From assembly GCA_038131935.1 (NCBI GenBank), contig JAYPQH010000017.1, positions 97,235 to 161,234 on the forward strand: a stretch of DNA of 64,000 nucleotides. The letters run 5' to 3'. The position numbers and the translations under genes were made by a program. The notes beneath the pieces were generated by a model. It ran no database searches. It was not told where the DNA came from and saw only the letters and a list, made by a program, of their open reading frames with translations. Positions 62,302-64,000 of this stretch are shown one piece after another. The stretch's first letter is position 1; every line of letters begins with the position of its first letter. The DNA comes from Alphaproteobacteria bacterium (GTDB lineage Bacteria; Pseudomonadota; Alphaproteobacteria; UBA8317).

Positions 62302-64000
62302 ATCTACAGCTTGAAGTTTACGTATTTCATCCTGCATTCTATTGCTTTTTCAAATTTAGATCTGCAGCGGCGGCTTGCATTCTTTGTTGGAGGTCCTCCA
62401 AATGTGCAGCCATATTATTACCGTCCTTTTTCCGACTGTTTTTGTCAGAAGTTTTTCGATTGGGTTTCGATTTTGAAGTGGATGAGTCTGTGTCTTCTTC
62501 CAAAATATTCTCAATGCTGCGCACAACAGTTTGAGGAATTATGCCATGTTTTTCATTATGCTCAATTTGCTTTTGTTTTCGACGGTTGCTCTCTGACAAT
62601 GCCCGTTCCATGGATTTTGTCATTTTGTCCGCACATAAGATAGCCCTCCTGTCCACATGTCTGGGCAGCTCCGCTAATTGTTTGAATAAGAGGTGTCTCA
62701 GATCTTAGGGAAACCCTCTTTATCAGCATCAAGAATGGCTACGAGTTTGCACTCCGGTATATCTAAGCCTTCGCGTAAAAGGTTAATGCCAACGAGAATA
62801 TCAAAACGCCCCAGTCGCAGATCGCGAATGATTTCAATTCGTTCCAAGGTATCAATATCGGAATGCATGTATCGAACCTTAAGTCCTTGTTCATACATAT
62901 ATTCGCTAAGATCTTCAGCCATTTTTTTTGTAAGTGTCGTGACGAGTACCCGGCCTTGATCTTTCACAACTTCATGACATTCGGCGATGAGGTCATCAAC
63001 TTGTGATGCAACGGGTCGTACAACTCACCCTTTTCTGGATCCAAAAGCCCAGTAGGGCGTATAACTTGCTCGTTAACGAAACCCCCAGTTTGTTGAAGTT
63101 TCTAACTTCCAGGTGTTGCTGAGACATAGATTGTCTCAGGGCGCATTGCATCCCATTCTTCAAATTTCAAAGGGCGATTGTCCACTCAAGAGGGGAGCCG
63201 AAATCCGTGTTCAGACAAGGTGATTTTTTCTATTGTAGTCCCCCTATACATCCCCCAATCTGAGGTATTGTCACGTGGCTTTCATCTATGAAAATAAGGG
63301 GGTATTATCCGGTAGATATTCAAACATGGTCGGTGGTCTCCAGAGCCTGACCTGTTAAATAACGGCATGGCACTTCGATACCTGATGCGCCTGTAGCTCC
63401 ATCATTTCATCATATTGCGTGCGTTGCTCTAAACGCTGAGCTTCTGCCAGTTGTGCGCTGTTTCCAGTTCTTTGAGGCGGAGCGCAAGTCAATTTTTATT
63501 TGTTTTACAGCATTGGCTAGGGTTGGTCGTGGTGTAACGTAGTGAGAATTGGTGCATATATACGAATGCGCCTGGCTTGCTAGAGCGTTTACCGTTATGG
63601 ATCAAACGCGCTAATTTCATCGACTTCCATCCTAAAAACAAAGAAATCCGCCAGGCACAATCTTCTAAAATGAGCGGGCCAAATATCAATGTTATCGCTC
63701 TGACGCGAAAATGACCTGCGCTGGAAAGCCACATCATTACGGCTGTATTGTAGGGCTACAAACCCGCGCAGCAACTCGTCACGATCTGTACTGAGTCCTG
63801 CATAAATGTTCTGGTCATGGCGGTGTAGGTTTCTGACAGAACCGATGCCATAACATATGAAACAGATGCAAATAATAATAATATCGTTCGTTCTAGGATT
63901 GTTCTGCTGGTGGCATGCATTCTATCAATTTTGTTTCACGACGTTATCTTTGGCAATGTGGCATCCGCTCCGTACAGCAATACAACTGGAAACGCAAAAC
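62269..64000 (-). CDS. uvrB: excinuclease ABC subunit B (partial, many frameshifts)
   Basis: [64 protein letters not shown] domain M..AAADL.FE.A. Confidence 0.92.

Noticed and set aside
1-64000. CRISPR arrays, tandem repeats, IS elements, rRNA, defence systems
   Set aside because: None seen; nearly all sequence is accounted for by the listed genes and short spacers

Overview
Core-genome region of a moderately low-GC (visually low-to-mid 40s %) aerobic alphaproteobacterium. The gene orders seen are typical of Alphaproteobacteria: glyQ-glyS-ppdK, petABC, lgt-midA-pgeF-prs-rplY-pth-ychF, ubiK-ybjN-proC-csaA, xseB-ispA-dxs-tlyA, ilvE/marR-ompR, and uvrC-pgsA-moaD-moaE. It holds about 60 protein genes and one tRNA-Gln(UUG). 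I saw no CRISPR array, integrase, transposase or phage gene. At least 14 genes, including essential ones (prs, dxs, petB), are split by small indels, and three patches are very error-rich; this looks like unpolished long-read sequence rather than true pseudogenisation. The main accessory element is a regulator-less six-gene catabolic cluster just downstream of the tRNA (17.4-23.7 kb). It encodes a TAXI-TRAP importer, an SCP2-like protein plus alpha/beta hydrolase, and a XenA/YqjM-like ene-reductase plus MBL-fold lactonase-like hydrolase; my hypothesis is uptake and reductive opening of an unsaturated lactone or enoate. Notable non-coding signals are an oriC-like DnaA-box/IHF/AT-rich element upstream of uvrC, a structured rplY (L25) leader, an attenuator-like leader before ybjN-proC, and a perfect 9-5-9 palindrome between the MarR gene and ilvE. 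nadB is missing between nadA and nadC. All product calls come from recognising motifs by eye; no database search was run.
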